DNA from: Nageia nagi
Taxonomy: Eukaryota > Plantae > Pinophyta
Reading direction: 5' to 3'
Assembly (NCBI GenBank): GCA_050084985.1
Contig: JBITNC010000001.1
Location: 5,456,001 to 5,520,000 of the forward strand
DNA length: 64,000 bases
Positions 28,401-43,400 of the stretch are shown piece after piece (the first letter of the stretch is position 1; every line of letters begins with the position of its first letter). The position numbers and the translations under genes are program-made. The notes beneath the pieces are model-generated. The model was not told the origin of the DNA, did no database searches, and saw nothing but the letters and a program-made list of their open reading frames with translations.

Positions 28401-31400
28401 CAAACTACAATTACAAGCAACTCACAACTGCTGCTAAAACTACTTACAAACTTCAATCTATATGCCTCAACTCAAGCCTCTTATTTATAAATACAAACAA
28501 AACCAACTTAAACCCAAGCTGGATCTGGAAGGTCATGAGGTTACCCCCAACCCTTCAGTAACTCATATCCAAGTGTCATGGCTTCTTGGCATCTGAAATT
28601 TAGTGTCAAACGAGAAAAGAAATGCTCTCTGTTTTGGCCGGCTGGCTGGCCGGTTGGTCGGTTTTGACAGGGTTTGGCCGGTTGGCCAGTTGGCTGTAGT
28701 CTCCATTTTCAACAATCTCCCACTTGGAGACTTCCTTCTCTGCAACAAGGGTCGAAAGCTTCTCATCTTGGCCTTTACTCCTTAAGACCAATCCAAGTTG
28801 AGCAAGAGCCCAACTTCTCCTTCGTAACAACTTTAGTGAACATGTCTGTAGGATTTTGAGACATGTGAATCTTTCCCAAACTGACTGAACCATCCTCCAA
28901 CGCTGTCCTGATGAAGTGGTACCTCAATTTGGTTCTTTGCAAGATGGATAGCACTCTGGCCATCGCTCCATAGCTTCGCATTCTCCTGCACCTTTCCCAG
29001 TTCCTCCATCAACCTCTTCAACCAAATCAATTCTTTGCTACCTTCCGTAATTGCAACGTACTCTGCCTCAGTAGTGGAGAGAGCCACAACCTGTTGGAGC
29101 TTAGAAATCCAACTAACCGCTGTACCTCCAATGGTAAACACATATCCTGTAGGGCTTCTCCCACCATCTATATCACTTGCCATGTCAGAGTCAACATAAC
29201 CTTGCAAACAAGAGTTAGATCCACCAAAACATAAAGAGTAATGAGAAGTACCCCTTAAATACCTAAGGATCCATTTAACTGCTTCCCAATGCCCTTTTCT
29301 TGGATTGTTCATGAATCTACTAACCACTTCCACTGCTTGTGCTATATCTGGTCTAGTACATACCATTGCATACATTAAACTCCCAACCGCCGAAGCATAG
29401 GGAACCTTAGTCATGTACTCCTTTTCCTTATCTGTCTTAGGACTTAAATGTTTGGTGAGTTTAAAATGCTTTGCCAATGGTGTAGTTACAGATTTTGCAT
29501 CTTTCATATTGAACCTTTTAAGAACCTTATCAATATAATCTTCTTGACTTAGTCTAAGCAAGTGGTTTTGTTTATCTCTTGTTATTTTCATTCCAAGAAT
29601 TTGTTTAGCTTCACCCAAATCTTTCATTTCAAAAGTATTAGCCAACTTTTTCTTAAGATCAACAATATCTTGCATACTAGATCCTGCTACCAACATATCA
29701 TCTACATACAAAAGCAAGATTACATAGTTGCCATTTGTTGTCTTCTTTACATATACACAATGATCCGATTGACATCTTACAAATTTATTTGTTATCATGA
29801 AAGTGTCAAACTTGTGATACCATTGCCTAGGTGCTTGCTTCAAACCGTACAAGCTCTTTTTCAATTTACATACATACCCTCTTTACCTTTGACCTCAAAA
29901 CCTTCGGGTTGATGCATATAAATATCCTCCTCCAAATCCCCATGAAGGAAAGCTGTCTTTACATCCAATTGTTCAAGAAACAAGTTTTCAGTAGCAACAA
30001 GACTCAATATTGCTCTAATCGAGGTCATTTTAACAACTGGAGAAAAGATCTCATCATAATCTATACCTTTTTTTTGAGCAAAACCCTTTACCACAAGTCT
30101 TGCCTTGTACCTTTGTCGCCCGTCTTCTTCTTCCTTTATCCTGTACACCCATTTGTTAGTCAGTGCCTTTTTACCCTCTGGAAGCTCAACCAAACTCCAA
30201 GTCTGATTCTTAAGTAAGGAGTCCATCTCCTCCTTCATAGCATGCTCTCACTTAATTTGTGTACCACCCTGCATAGCTTCATCAAAACATTCAGGTTCAC
30301 CACCATCAGTATAAAGAACATGATAAAGAGCAGGAGAATATCGTTCAGGAGGTTTTCTAGTCCTTGAGGACCTTCTAAGTGACAAAGTTTGAGGTGTTTG
30401 TGGTGGAGTTGTTTGAACATTATTATTAACAGAACCCTTATATTGATCAACATCTTCTAGAGATACAAACTTGGGTTCCTCAACCTTTTGCAATCTATCT
30501 TTATACATGCTTTTCTCATTGAATACAACATCTCTACTTCTAATGATTTTATGGTTATCAACATCTCATAACTTATATCCCAAATCATTAACACCATATC
30601 CAACAAGATAGCATTTTTGTGATTTTGCATCAAGTTTCTTTCTATCCTCTTTATCAATATGTGCAAAAGCCTCACAACCAAAGACTCTCAAGAATGAGTA
30701 ATTCACCTTTTTACCTGTCCACATCTCCTCTGGAATACCTCCATCTAAAGCCATAGATGGACCCTTGTTAATCAAGTAAACAACAGTGTCAATAGCATCA
30801 GCCCAAAGATTCAAAGGAAACCCAGCATGTATCCTCATACTTCTAGCCCTTTCCAAGATAGTCCTATTCATTCTTTCAGCAACCCCATTTTCCTGTGGAG
30901 TTCTAGGAACTACCTTAATCCTTCTAATGCCATTGTGTGAACAAAATGAATCAAACTCATTGTTGCAAAATTCTCCACCATTATCGGACTTAAGACATTT
31001 CAACTTAGAATTAGTTTCATTCTCAACCAATGCCTTCCACCTCTTAAATGTTTCAAACACATCAGATTTCTTTTTAATACAGTATACCCATGTCTTTCTA
31101 GTACAATCATCAATAAAAGTGACAAAATAAGATGAGCCCCCAAGTGAGCAAACCTGTGCAGGACCCCACACATCCGTATGAACAAGCTCTAATTTTTGAT
31201 CTCTTTTTCTTTGCCAACTTTAAGAAAACTAACCCTTCTTTGTTTTCCATACACACAATCTTCACAGAATCCTAAATCAACCTCTTTTAGATTAGGGAGT
31301 GAACCATTAGAGTGTAACATTTTCATGCCTTTCTCACTCATATGTCCAAGCCTATTGTGCCATAGTGATGCATCATTGCCTATTGAAACAAGATTCAATG

Positions 31401-34400
31401 AATAATCAAAGACATTTGTGAGCAAATAAAGAGACCCCACCAAATTTCCCTTTGCAAATACCATTGAACCTTTAGTTACTTTCCAACTACCATCCCCAAA
31501 TGTCATTACATAACCCTCCTTATCCAATTTACTTGTTGATATAAGATTTCTTTTAAGGTCTGGAATATGTCTAGCATCATTAAGAGTCCATTGTGTTCCA
31601 TTAGGTAATTTCATTGTTATATTGCCAATACCAACAATCTTGCATGGATGTGCATTACCTAATAATACTTGACCAAAGTCACCTTGTGTGTAATTTGAGA
31701 AATAGTTCTTATGTGGAGTAGCATGAAATGAAGCACCCGAATCAAGAACCCAATAATCACCATTCTTTTCATGAGACATGATTAAAGCATCTTGAATTAA
31801 TTCACCAACAATATTTGCCTCTTGGTTACTTGTGCTTTCATTATTATTATTACTACTATCACTTTCTTTTCCTTTCCTATTCCAACAATCTTTCTTAATG
31901 TGACTCTTTTTACCACAATGCCAACATTCCAATTTAGTGTTACCTTTTGATTTTGACCTTCCTTGTGATTTGCTTCTTGACTTGTTTCTCCTTCTTTCCC
32001 TTGATCTTCCTCTTGTCTCTACTATGAGAGCAGCATTAGAACTTTCTCCTGTGGACTTTCTCCTCATGTCCTCACTTAGAATTGTTCCAACAACTTCATC
32101 AAAGACCAAAACCGCATTAGAAGAAGAATTACTAATAGCCATAACAAAGCTATTCCAACTATCCGGAAGTGAACATAGAATTAATAAAGCTCTTACTTCA
32201 TCTTCAAATTCTATCTTAACTGAAGTTAACTGATTTGAGATTGTGTTGAATTCATTAACATGGTTTTGAACTGAACTACCTTCATTCATTTTCATGTTAA
32301 ACAATTTCTTCATCAAGTATACTTTGTTTGAGGCGGATGGTTTTTCATACATTTTTGCAAGTTTATCCATTACTCCTTTAGTAGTTTTTTCACCGGAAAT
32401 ATTGAAAGCTACACTAGAACTTAAACAAAGTCTAACAGCCCCCAAGGCTTTTCTATCCAACAAGTTCCAATCTCCATCACTCATAGTAGCCGGTTTCTTA
32501 CTCTTATCTTCTAGAGGTTGATAGAGATCCTTTTGGTAGAGGTAGTCTTCCATTTGCATTTTCCAAAATTGAAATCCTTGCCCATTAAATCTTTCCACCT
32601 TCAGCCTCCCTTCTTCTGCCATAGTGCTCTTCTTGGTTCCAATCTACAAACAAGATTCACCAACAAAATCCCAACAAAACAACCTGGCTCTGATACCACT
32701 TGTTAGGATTCAATAATTTCATATAAACAAGAGCATCAATAATTCTCTACTCCTTGGCAAAAAACCAACATTCAAGCATACTGAAATCAAACAACTATGA
32801 ACATCAATCACACAATGAGAGACACAAGAGATAACGTGGCTCACCCAATGTAGGCTACATCCACGGAGAAGCTTTCAACCCTTTTGCATAACATTCTTCC
32901 AAGTCCTCCAAGCAACAAACCAGCAGCACAACCTTGCTACAACCTTCACTTTGGAGCTACAACAAAGCCTCACTACAATCTCTCTCTCAGGCTATCTACA
33001 TAAGCCACCAAACTACAATTACAAGCAACTCACAACTGCTGCTAAAACTACTTACAAACTTCAATCTATATGCCTCAACTCAAGCCTCTTATTTATAAAT
33101 ACAAACAAACCCAACTTAAACCCAAGCTGGATCTGGAAGGTCATGAGGTTACCCCCAACCCTTCAGTAACTCATATCCAAGTGTCATGGCTTCTTGGCAA
33201 CTGAAATTTGGTGTCAAACGAGAAAAGAAACGCTCTCTGTTTTGGTCGGCTGGCTGGTTGGTTGGCCGGTTCTGACAGGGTCTGGCCGGTTGGCCGGCTG
33301 GTTGTAGTCGCCATTTTCAACACTGTAAACTGATGAAGGTGAGCGCAGGCGTAGAATTTCCTCAAAGATGGAGGAAGCATTCTGGACAAGTTGCCTTGGA
33401 ACAGCAGAGGTTTGGGAGAGTGCCGCAACTCTACGTTGAGCTTCTTCAAATTTATCTTGTAGACTCTGATGCTCAGCCACCAACTGTGTATGTACTGTGT
33501 TGAGATCAGAAGAGGCATATTGTTCCTGTGCTATCTGATATCTTAATTCTTCAATCTCCTCTCGCAGCCTAGCAGTGGAAGCTTTCTCTTCTGTCAAAGC
33601 AGACATACAATCAAAATTCTGCTGAATTCTGTCCTTTAAAGCTAACTGTTCAGCTGTGATGTGCTTAATCATTACATGGAGTGTCTATGCGTCCATGTGT
33701 TGTCGCCGCATTGTGGCATTAGCTGCAGCCAACTCTCTGTTTTTCTGTTCTGTCTCAACATATTGGGCACGCAGAATCTGATTTTCTTACTCCAATTGTT
33801 TAGTCTTTCCCTCTAATTCTTGAACCCGAGTTAATAGCAATCCATATGACACGTCTGGAGTAGTAGGCGAATTTGCAGTCACAAAATCCGGCTGCAAACT
33901 GATAGAAGCTTGTGGTGATGCAACACGTGATCTCTTCCTAGACGGTCTAGCGGAAGACTCTGCATGTGGTTGATAGATGGAAGGCTTATCTTGGATATGA
34001 GCTGTTGGAACTGCCTCTACCCGATTTATGCTAAATACAGGTACTGTATCCGTTTCAGCAGCCTCCTCCTTGCCTTTTAAAAATGCTTGCCAGGCTTCTT
34101 CTCCACCAATTTGAAGAAAATACTCCCGACAGATTAGACTGATAAGTCCATGGTGTTTCAAAGGTGAAGTCTGATTTGACTCACGCCACTTAGCAGCCAT
34201 GGACTGCAGACTGTCAAAAAAATGCTGGGGAATATTATACCTGTACTTTGTTGGGTGTCGTAATTGAACCAATAGTCGCATCTGATGTCCTTGCAGTGTT
34301 GCATAGTGGCCCTCACAAAAGAAATATTTCAGCACCCAGGTGGCAACTTCACTCCAAGGCTCGGGCAGGGAAACGCTATTAATTCCTCGGTCGCGTCCTT

Positions 34401-37400
34401 TGCTCGTGAATTTAGTTGTGCGAGGTTCAGCAAGATGATGGAAGGCGTCGAGAACATCGTCTGGCGATTCCTTTCCAAGTGTCAACTCTTCGCCTTCAGT
34501 AGGGATACCAGAGATGGAACTGATTACTGCAGGAGAAACTGGAATGGTGTGCCCTCGCAGAGTAACAGAATTCTCATTCAATTCGGCTGCAAACTGCCGC
34601 ACCAACCAGAGTTCATGGCCCTGAAATTTGTCGAAAAACGGAAGCCATTGGGCCGTGGCAAATATTTCTGACACCCTTTGATCCTTCTGAAGCTCTTCCA
34701 TCGAGCTGGGTTCTTCTCGATGCTTCTGACCCATTTTTCTGACAACCAGTTGGTCTGCAAATGCTTGGCTGGAGTTTGAATGTGGCGAGGTGGCGAACAG
34801 AGCTTATGGCACAGTTGTTATTTGGACATGCAAGTTCAAATAATTTATAACAGTTAAACTACTAATTACCTAAATAATGATGAAATGACATACCATTAAT
34901 GGCGGATGGTGGTGGAGCGTGAAAATGGACGTTCGGTACGTGTGAGGATGGTAAGGTGATATACCACTGATTGCATGCATGATAATCTGGAGCCGTCGCT
35001 TGCCTCCAATGAATCACATGTCATGTGAAGGACATTTGACATGTGTGAAGTATTGGTTGATGTGAAGTAAAAAGGTGGCGGTTGATTTGTGTGCAGGGAA
35101 AAAGGTGTCAGTTGGTTTTATTTATGGCGTGGAAAGAGGTGGCAGCCAGTTTTTAAACCGTGTGCCATGGAGTGGTGAGTATGGATGTGAGGATACGTGG
35201 ATGTACTTGGTTACTGAGCTGTCGTGTGGTTCGTTGTGCTGCGCTCCCGACAGGTGACGTGTCCTTGAAGACTAGTCCATCACGTTGTAATTGAAATCAT
35301 GTCGAGCGCATTGTGCAAGGGAGGTGACGAAGAAACTGGCAGCTCTGGACGTGTTCGGAGAAACATCGTCCAACGCTCCAGTCACCATATGTATGCAAGA
35401 TTCACACCATCTTTCGGAACTAAAATAGTCCCTGTTGACATGGGAATTCTGCATGTGACCCTGCATTATTATATAATATATATATATAATTTTAAATAAT
35501 TTTTTTTTTTTTTTTCGTTTTTTTTTTTTTTACATATAATACTAAGCTTCTTGTGTTTCCAGTGTCAATGGTTTTCACCCGACAAGTGTCAGTTTCCTGA
35601 TTTTCACTTGTCGACTGCCACATCCACTGGAATCACTTATTTATAGAGCTGATCAAAGAGTTTATTTTACCACATCCGAGGAAGAAGAGGCTTCCCCGGA
35701 TACATCAGGATCTGCTATCTTTATCTGCTGTGTGAATTGCTCCTTCGTTGATGGTATCAAATATGGTCGGAGGCGATGTCCATTAACCAGGAGAATCCTC
35801 CGAGAATTGTCAATTGGCTGTAACTGGACTGAACCATTAGGGAATATTTGAAGAATCTTATATGGCCCCAACCATCGTGTCTGGAGCTTCCCTACGAAAT
35901 CATTATATCGGGAATCAAATAATAGAGCCCATTCCCCTACCTGAAACTGATTCTGTTTCAGATTTTTGTCATGCCAAAGTTTCCGTTGATGTTGGATGAT
36001 TTTAGTATTATGCAATGCCTCCATTCTTATTTCATCTAGCTCATTTAACTGGAGCAGTCTATTTTTCTGAATTTCTGTTATGTCCATCCCAACTTCTAGG
36101 GCTGTTCTCAGTGTCTGGAGCTCAAATTCTATTGGCATTAGAGGCTTCTTACCAAAAACCAATTCATATGGAGTAAATCCAGTGGTGGATTTCCACATGG
36201 TATTGTATGCCCAAACTGCTTCAGGAAGCCTGGATACCCAATCCTTTCTGTGCGAAGCTACTGTCTTGGTCAATATATTTTCCAGCTCTCTCTTAGTAAC
36301 TTCAACTTGTCCATTTGTTTGTGGGTGATAGGGCGAAGCCTTCTTATGTCGGATCTGATATTGGTTTACAAAATGTTGTATTGTCCTTGACATGAACTGC
36401 GGACCCTGATAAGAAACCAGAAATCGAGGAGCTCCAAATCTCTGCATAATGTTATTATACAGAAAATCTACCACCAATTCTTCTTTGGCATGTGCCAAAG
36501 CTACTACTTCCACCCACTTAGTGGCATAATCAGTACAGACTAGTATGTGTCTCTTACCTCGAGATTGAGGATTAATAGGTCCAACAAAGTCGATGCCCCA
36601 TTGCTCAAATGGTTCAAGCATCCACTGTGGTTGTAATGGCATCTGAGTAGTAGCAGTTGGTCTACCCATTCGTTGACACTGGTCACATTGCTTCACATAT
36701 TTCCTAATGTCTTTGTGCATGGAAGGCCAAAAATAACCAGCTCCTAGGACTTTATGAATGGTTCGTTTATCAGAATAGTGACCTCCTGACGGCTCATCAT
36801 GACATGCACGGATAACATCAAATACCTCATCTGTCCGTAGACACCTTCGGAGTGCATAATCAGGTCCATATTTAAACAATAATCCATCCACCCATTTGTA
36901 TGATGCACTCTGCTTTATCAGTTGTTTCCTCTGATTTGGAGACAGATATGGAGGAATTCTTCCAGTGGCAAGATAATTAGCAATGTCTGCAAACCATGGG
37001 GATTGTGTAGAGATTGCAAATAGTTGTTCATCTGGAAAAGTATCCTCCACAAGCTCATCTTCTCGAATGATGTTCAGTCTAGACAAGAACTCTGCTACTA
37101 CATTTGTCTTGCCAGGTTTATCAATTATAGTCACATTAAACTCCTGTAATAACAGCAACCATCTCACGATTCTTCCACTTACCACAGGTTTGTTCATGAG
37201 ATATTTAATGGCAGCATGGTCAGTATGAACAAACACTTGGTACCCTGTGATATAGTGTCTAAATTTATTGATGGCATACACTACTGCTAGGAATTCTTTT
37301 TCTGTAGTAGTATAATTTCTTTCAGCTCCTACCAAGTTTTTGCTTATGTAATAAATAGCATATGGGGACTTACTTGGTTCTTCTTGTCCTAGGACTGCTC

Positions 37401-40400
37401 CAATAGCATAATTTGAGACATCCGTATGAATGTGGAATGGAAGTTCCCAATTTGGACCTCTCAACACAGGAGTTGTGGTGAGTTTTTCTTTGATGGTCTG
37501 AATTTGGACCTCTCAACACAGGAGTTGTGGTGAGTTTTTCTTTGATGGTCTGAAAAGCTTCTTCACAGTCAACCGTCCATTCAAATTCATTGTCCTTATG
37601 CAGCAGGGCAAATAATGGGGCTGCTATTTTACTGAAATTTTCTATAAATCTTATGTAGTATCCGGCATGTCCCAAGAAGCTCTGGACATCTGTTTGAGTC
37701 TCAGGTTGAGGAAGTTGCTTGATGACTTCTATCTTCTTGGGGTCCACTTGAATCCCTTGGGCTGAAATATGATGGCCCAAGAGTATTCCCTCCTGGACAA
37801 GCATGAAACATTTTTCATGGCTTAAGGATAGATTATGCAGTTTGCATCTCACCAATACTTTTTCTAAGTTCTTTAAGGCATCTTCAAAAGTGTTGCCATA
37901 CACTGTGAAGTCATCCATGTACACTTCAACGCAATCATTAGTCAGATCTGAGAAGATTGCTAGCACAGCTCTTTGGAAGGTTGCTGGTGCATTGCACAAG
38001 CCAAAAGGAAGAACCTTGTAAGCATATGTACCCCATGCACAGGTAAATGTAGTCTTGCCCTGATCTTCTTCTGCAATTTGTATTTGGTTATAGCCACTGA
38101 ATCCATCTAAGAAAGAGAAATACTGTTTACCAGACAGAGTGTCTAACACTTGATCAATGAAAGGCAATGGAAAGTGGTCCCTGAATGTGGCTTTATTGAG
38201 AGCTCTGTAGTCAACACATACCCTCCATTTGCCATTTTTCTTAGGCACAATCACCAAAGGTGAGACCCATTGACTATCTAAGATAGGATAGATGAATTCA
38301 GCCTTCAACAGCTTCTCAATTTCAGTCTTAACAACTTCTTTAAGTGCAGGATTTATTCGTCTAGGAGGCTGCTGGACAGGCCTGGTTTCATTCGTATAAA
38401 TATGATGGGTACATATTTGAGGATAAATTCCTTTCATGTCTGAGTAATCCCAAGCAAAAGCTTCGGTGTGAGTGGTCAAGACATCAAAAAGCTTCTTCTC
38501 TTGTTCATCCGTCAGCCAACTGATGATATTAAGAGTCTTTCTTGGTAATACTTCAACAGTCTTAATCCCAGGCTTGGTCAGATTACTCTGTTCTGGAAGC
38601 TGAACTAGGGAATTCAAAGGACAAGAGTGTGAGAATAAGGAATGGAATACCCTTGTTCTTTCCCTGAAAGTATCCCCTTTTGGAACAATGTGAGTAAGAG
38701 GACATTTGAACATTGCCAACAAGGCTGCTTGTTCTTCTGAAGGAACATTAAAAATAATGCTTTGTAATGGTTCGACCACTGTATCTCCCCTTTCCTCATC
38801 ACTGCCCTCTGATTCTCCTTCCTGTTGCTCCGGATAGTGATACTGTATCTGTTCCAGACTAGGATCTTCTTCTATCTCCTCGACATGGTCCTTGATGGTG
38901 ATGGTTGCTAATGTTGCAAAAGTGTCATGTGCATCCATGTCAGGCTCGTCGATCCATACTTGATTGTGATAATCCAATGTTGGTTGGGCAGGTGGGTACA
39001 AAGAAAGTGTCTTTGTGTTTAGGCCATTCGAAATAGTCATGTCCCCGGACCTACAGTTGATGTATGCAGCTGCTGTGGCTAACCAAGGTCTACCCAGTAT
39101 GACTGGATATCCAGAAGGCTGTGCTTTTGTCTTTAACAGCAGGAAATCCACTGGATAGCTCCAAGAATCTACTGTTATTTGGACATCTTCTACAATTCCT
39201 TCTGGCTTAGCTACTGTTCGGTCTGCCATTTGTAACATAGTTGAAGTGGGCTGTATATTTGACAAAAATAGTTTTTGAGACATGTCCAGAGTCATGACAT
39301 TTATTGCTGCTCACAAATCAACTAAAACATTAGGCACTTTAGTGGTCCCCATGTTAATGGTAATGACAGGATTTCCCGGATCACCATACTTAGGAATTAC
39401 CAAATTTCCGGCCAAAAGATCAGCTACTTTACCATCTACTTTAATAGTCTTTGGATAGACTTTCTTTCTTCTTCCTCTCCTGTGCATGCATAATTCTTTA
39501 ACCATCTTGTTTAGCTCAGGAACCTGTTTGATTGCTTGTAATACAGGTATAGTGATATTCAATTTCCTCATCTCTTGCAGTAGTTTTGATTCTGTTTCTT
39601 GAGGTTTTTCCATCAGTCTCTCTGGATATGGACTAACTGCTGTCTGGAGCTCCTTATTATGTGCAGGTGCAATTGTTTCTGTTGGTGGCTCCAGACTATC
39701 CTCTGTTTGCTCTTCTGGAGATTCATCTGAGCTGTCCACCTCTACTTCTGTGATAACAGGAGGTGTAGGATCTGACAATTTCTTACCAGATCGTAGCTCG
39801 ATTTCATTGCATTGGATAGCATTTACTGATGCTGTGCCTCCTTGATCAATCTGATAGGCAGGCGCTGGAGCTTGCCTGTTATTATTGGGGTTGGGAACAG
39901 GTTGGGCAAGAAGAGCTGGTTGCTTCGGAGGTTGTTGCTGCTGATTCATTGGTTGTTGTTGATTAATAGGTGGTGGCAGCAAACCTTGCCTTCGCTGGCC
40001 TTGATTATTCCAGTTCTGCCGATTCTGTCCTCCATATTGCTGCCATTGTGGATTCCATTGTGGAGAATCCCATCCATATACTTGCCAATCTGGGTTTGCC
40101 ATCCATGGGGAATTGTGTGGCATGTTCCACCAATTCGGATTTGTTGGCCTAGAAAAATAAGGATTTGGGTTTCCTTGAAAATTATTATTTCCCCTAGGCC
40201 CCATTGCTCCCATATAGTTCATGTTCATGTTTAGGGCTGCTACAGACATTTGTGCTATCGTTAGATAGTCACAATCATCTGTTGGATGGTCATTATTGCA
40301 CAGGCTGCATATATGGGTGGTGTTCAAAGGACATTCATGTAAAGCATGTTTCTTCCGACATCTAAGACAGTATCTTGATGAGAATTCATCAGTGGCTTCC

Positions 40401-43400
40401 TTCTTCGAATTTGTGCTTTGGAAAGAATCCTACATTTCTTTCAACTTGTTTGCTGTCCCCTTCAGTTGACTTAGTTCAAACAGAACATCAGTCCTGAAGT
40501 TAGCAAATTCTTCTTTGATTTCACTTGCCAATCCAGTCTCCATTCGACCATCATTCTGAAACCTGTCGCTTCTCTTCTGTGATCTGGTCCTTGAATAGTT
40601 TCTGCAGAGTTCCACAATTTCATCAAGAGTTAACTTATTGACATTACCTTTTCCCATCAGATTGAGGACTTCCAATGTGGAATCCAGAAGCCCTCTTAAA
40701 AAGATGGTCTTGGAGAATTCTGGATCCATGGTTGTACCCACTCTCTTCTGAACAAATAGGAATCTGTCAAGGTAATCTTCAAGGCTTTCTGAGGCTGCCT
40801 GTGTGAGCTGAAACAGTTCATCCATCCTATCTTTAACTCAACAATACTCTTGATATTTTTCTAAGAAGGCTCTTTCCATTTCTTGCCAAGTAGAGATAGA
40901 ATCTGGAGGTAGTCCCATGAACCACCTCATTGCATTGTCCTTCAGAGTGGATGGAAAGAGTTTTAATTTCTGTTCATCCATTTCATAGTCATAAGTTTTG
41001 CACAATATTTTGAACTCAAACAAGAACTGATCTAGATCTTCACTAGAAAGACCTCTGAAAATAGGTAAGACTGATGGTGAAATATTTTTTATAGGAGCCT
41101 GAGTTCCAGCAGCAAGCCGAATGGGATAAGTGAAAGTTTGGGTTGAAGTTTGAGGAGGAGTACCCCCTACTCCAGAACCACCACTTCCTCCAGACATATT
41201 TACCAGTGGATTGATATATATACTCCTAATATGATCCAACTCTGGTATACTACCTTTGCGGTAGTGAATATGGAAGGGTTTCTTGGCTGCCTCCTTCTCA
41301 GCTTCAGAATCACTTTCACCAGAAAGAGGTTGACTAATGGATAATGGTGAAGGTTTATCAAAGGAATGGATGAATGGATGAGATGTTGGGGTCGGAGTGA
41401 CTGTATCCGGAGCAGACTCAACTAAATTTGGCTGAAGAGTTAATTCTGCAAACCGTATAGGTGCTAAAGGAGATGTATCTGTAAATCTCCTATATTGTTT
41501 AGGTGGATCTGAAAATCTCAGAAATGGTGGTAAGGATGGACTAATGAAAGGTGTTTCTTCTGCAATTTCTGGATGTTCACGTTCTGGACTATGATCTGAC
41601 TCCTCTTCTGCACTTGTTGGCTCAATTTCTTCCACAGGTCTAGGCTTTGGCCTAGTTTCTTCTGGTTGCTCCACCTGATGTTCTTCAACAACTATACTAC
41701 TTCCTTGTTCTTCCACAACCTTTCCTGAATCCAACTTTTTATTTTTGGGGGGTTTTTGTGGTACTGATTTTTGTGTTTTCTGTGGTTTTCCTACAACTAC
41801 TTTCTTACTACCTTCTCCTTTACTACTAACAAATCTCCCTTTATTATCTCTTAATCTAATCATACATTCTCAAGCAAATAATCAAACCAAACTATCACAA
41901 CTTCAACAACAGTTCTCTGCAGATTCTTAATATAGGTTATTGGGGCCACTCATTCTGTTAAGAATTGAGGAACCAAGACGGCACCCGATTGCAAATTGGC
42001 TCTGTCAAGTCCCCATCCTTAAGAACTACAGAGATAGCTCAATCAACACCGTTTCCCCGGCAATGGTGCCAAAATGATGAGTTAAATAATGACACTCCAA
42101 ATTCCCCCAGGGCTGTCACTACCCTCCCTTAGTGATCCTCACACCTGTTATTGTGAAGGGACTAGTTAACTCAAAGAGCTGGTACACCAACACTTAGGAA
42201 AGCTTTTAGTTGCCTCTCACTAAGTTTGGAATATCAACATTTATCCCCTTCATTACTTTTATCAAATCCGGGAGGTGTTCAAGGTTGTATGCTATTGAGC
42301 TCTGCTCTCTAAGCTATATCTACTTCAAGCAAAGTGGCAGAAAGCAAATGTGCAGAACTGAACGTTGTAGAATTGAAAGTACAGGAATCTGAAATACTAA
42401 AAGAGAGACAAACTGGAAAATACTGAACTTAAAGCAAACTCACATTTAAACTTGGAAAGTACAGAAAGATAAAAGAGTCTTCTACCATTTGGAGTGGGCC
42501 CTTGCTCCTCTTGGTGGAAGACTTAGAGAACTCAGAACTGGAAACTCTTTAACAGATCACTTTATTGTTGCATGCAGTTCGTCTTACACAGAATGTGTTT
42601 GACAAATCTAATACAGAGCTTCAACAGAATAATCTATTCACACAATACTTTCTTAATTTTCTAACCCCTCCTACCGTCAACAATTGAGGTATAAATATCC
42701 TCCATTGTTTAACAATAGGTAGGTCAAGAATAACCATAATCTGAACAGTATTCTGTTATGGAAAACAGAATTATTTATTCTACTAACTGGCTAATACTAA
42801 AATTATCATACAAGTAGTATCCATGCCCTGTCTAAAGAGAGTTGCAATCCCTTAGAAAAAGGGATAGCTCATCTCAACAGGTCAGCACTATCCTATTTAC
42901 ATTCATAGGTAGTTTTTTATGCTTAAATTGGAGTCAAACATACTCCAAAAACAAGAATCATATCTGACTATATCTGATGTGTTGAAACCATGCTTCTACA
43001 GACTATATCTGGAGCAGTTCATATCTCCTAAATATCTGGATCATACAAGGTTAGAATAGAGCTAACAATATAGTCAAGGATGACAGTCAACTCCTTAGAT
43101 CTAGGCCTGGAGTGGAAGCTTCGGACGAGTCTGGAGTAGGCGCTCCGGACAAGTCTGGGAGATAGAGACCTTTGACACGTATGAGTTGGAGACCTTGGAT
43201 GAGTTGAGAAGGGTTCGAGACAAGTCTGGAGGAGAGCTCCAAACAAGTCTAGCTCTTCTTTATTCAGATGAGGCGCCAACTATGTCTGGAGCGGAGCTCC
43301 GGACGATGCAGACCTGTGTAAAAATCTGTCTGGAGCGGAGCTCCAGACAATGTAGAATTTTTTCAAAGGCATCTTCACAAGACTTGCAACCCATCCAAGT

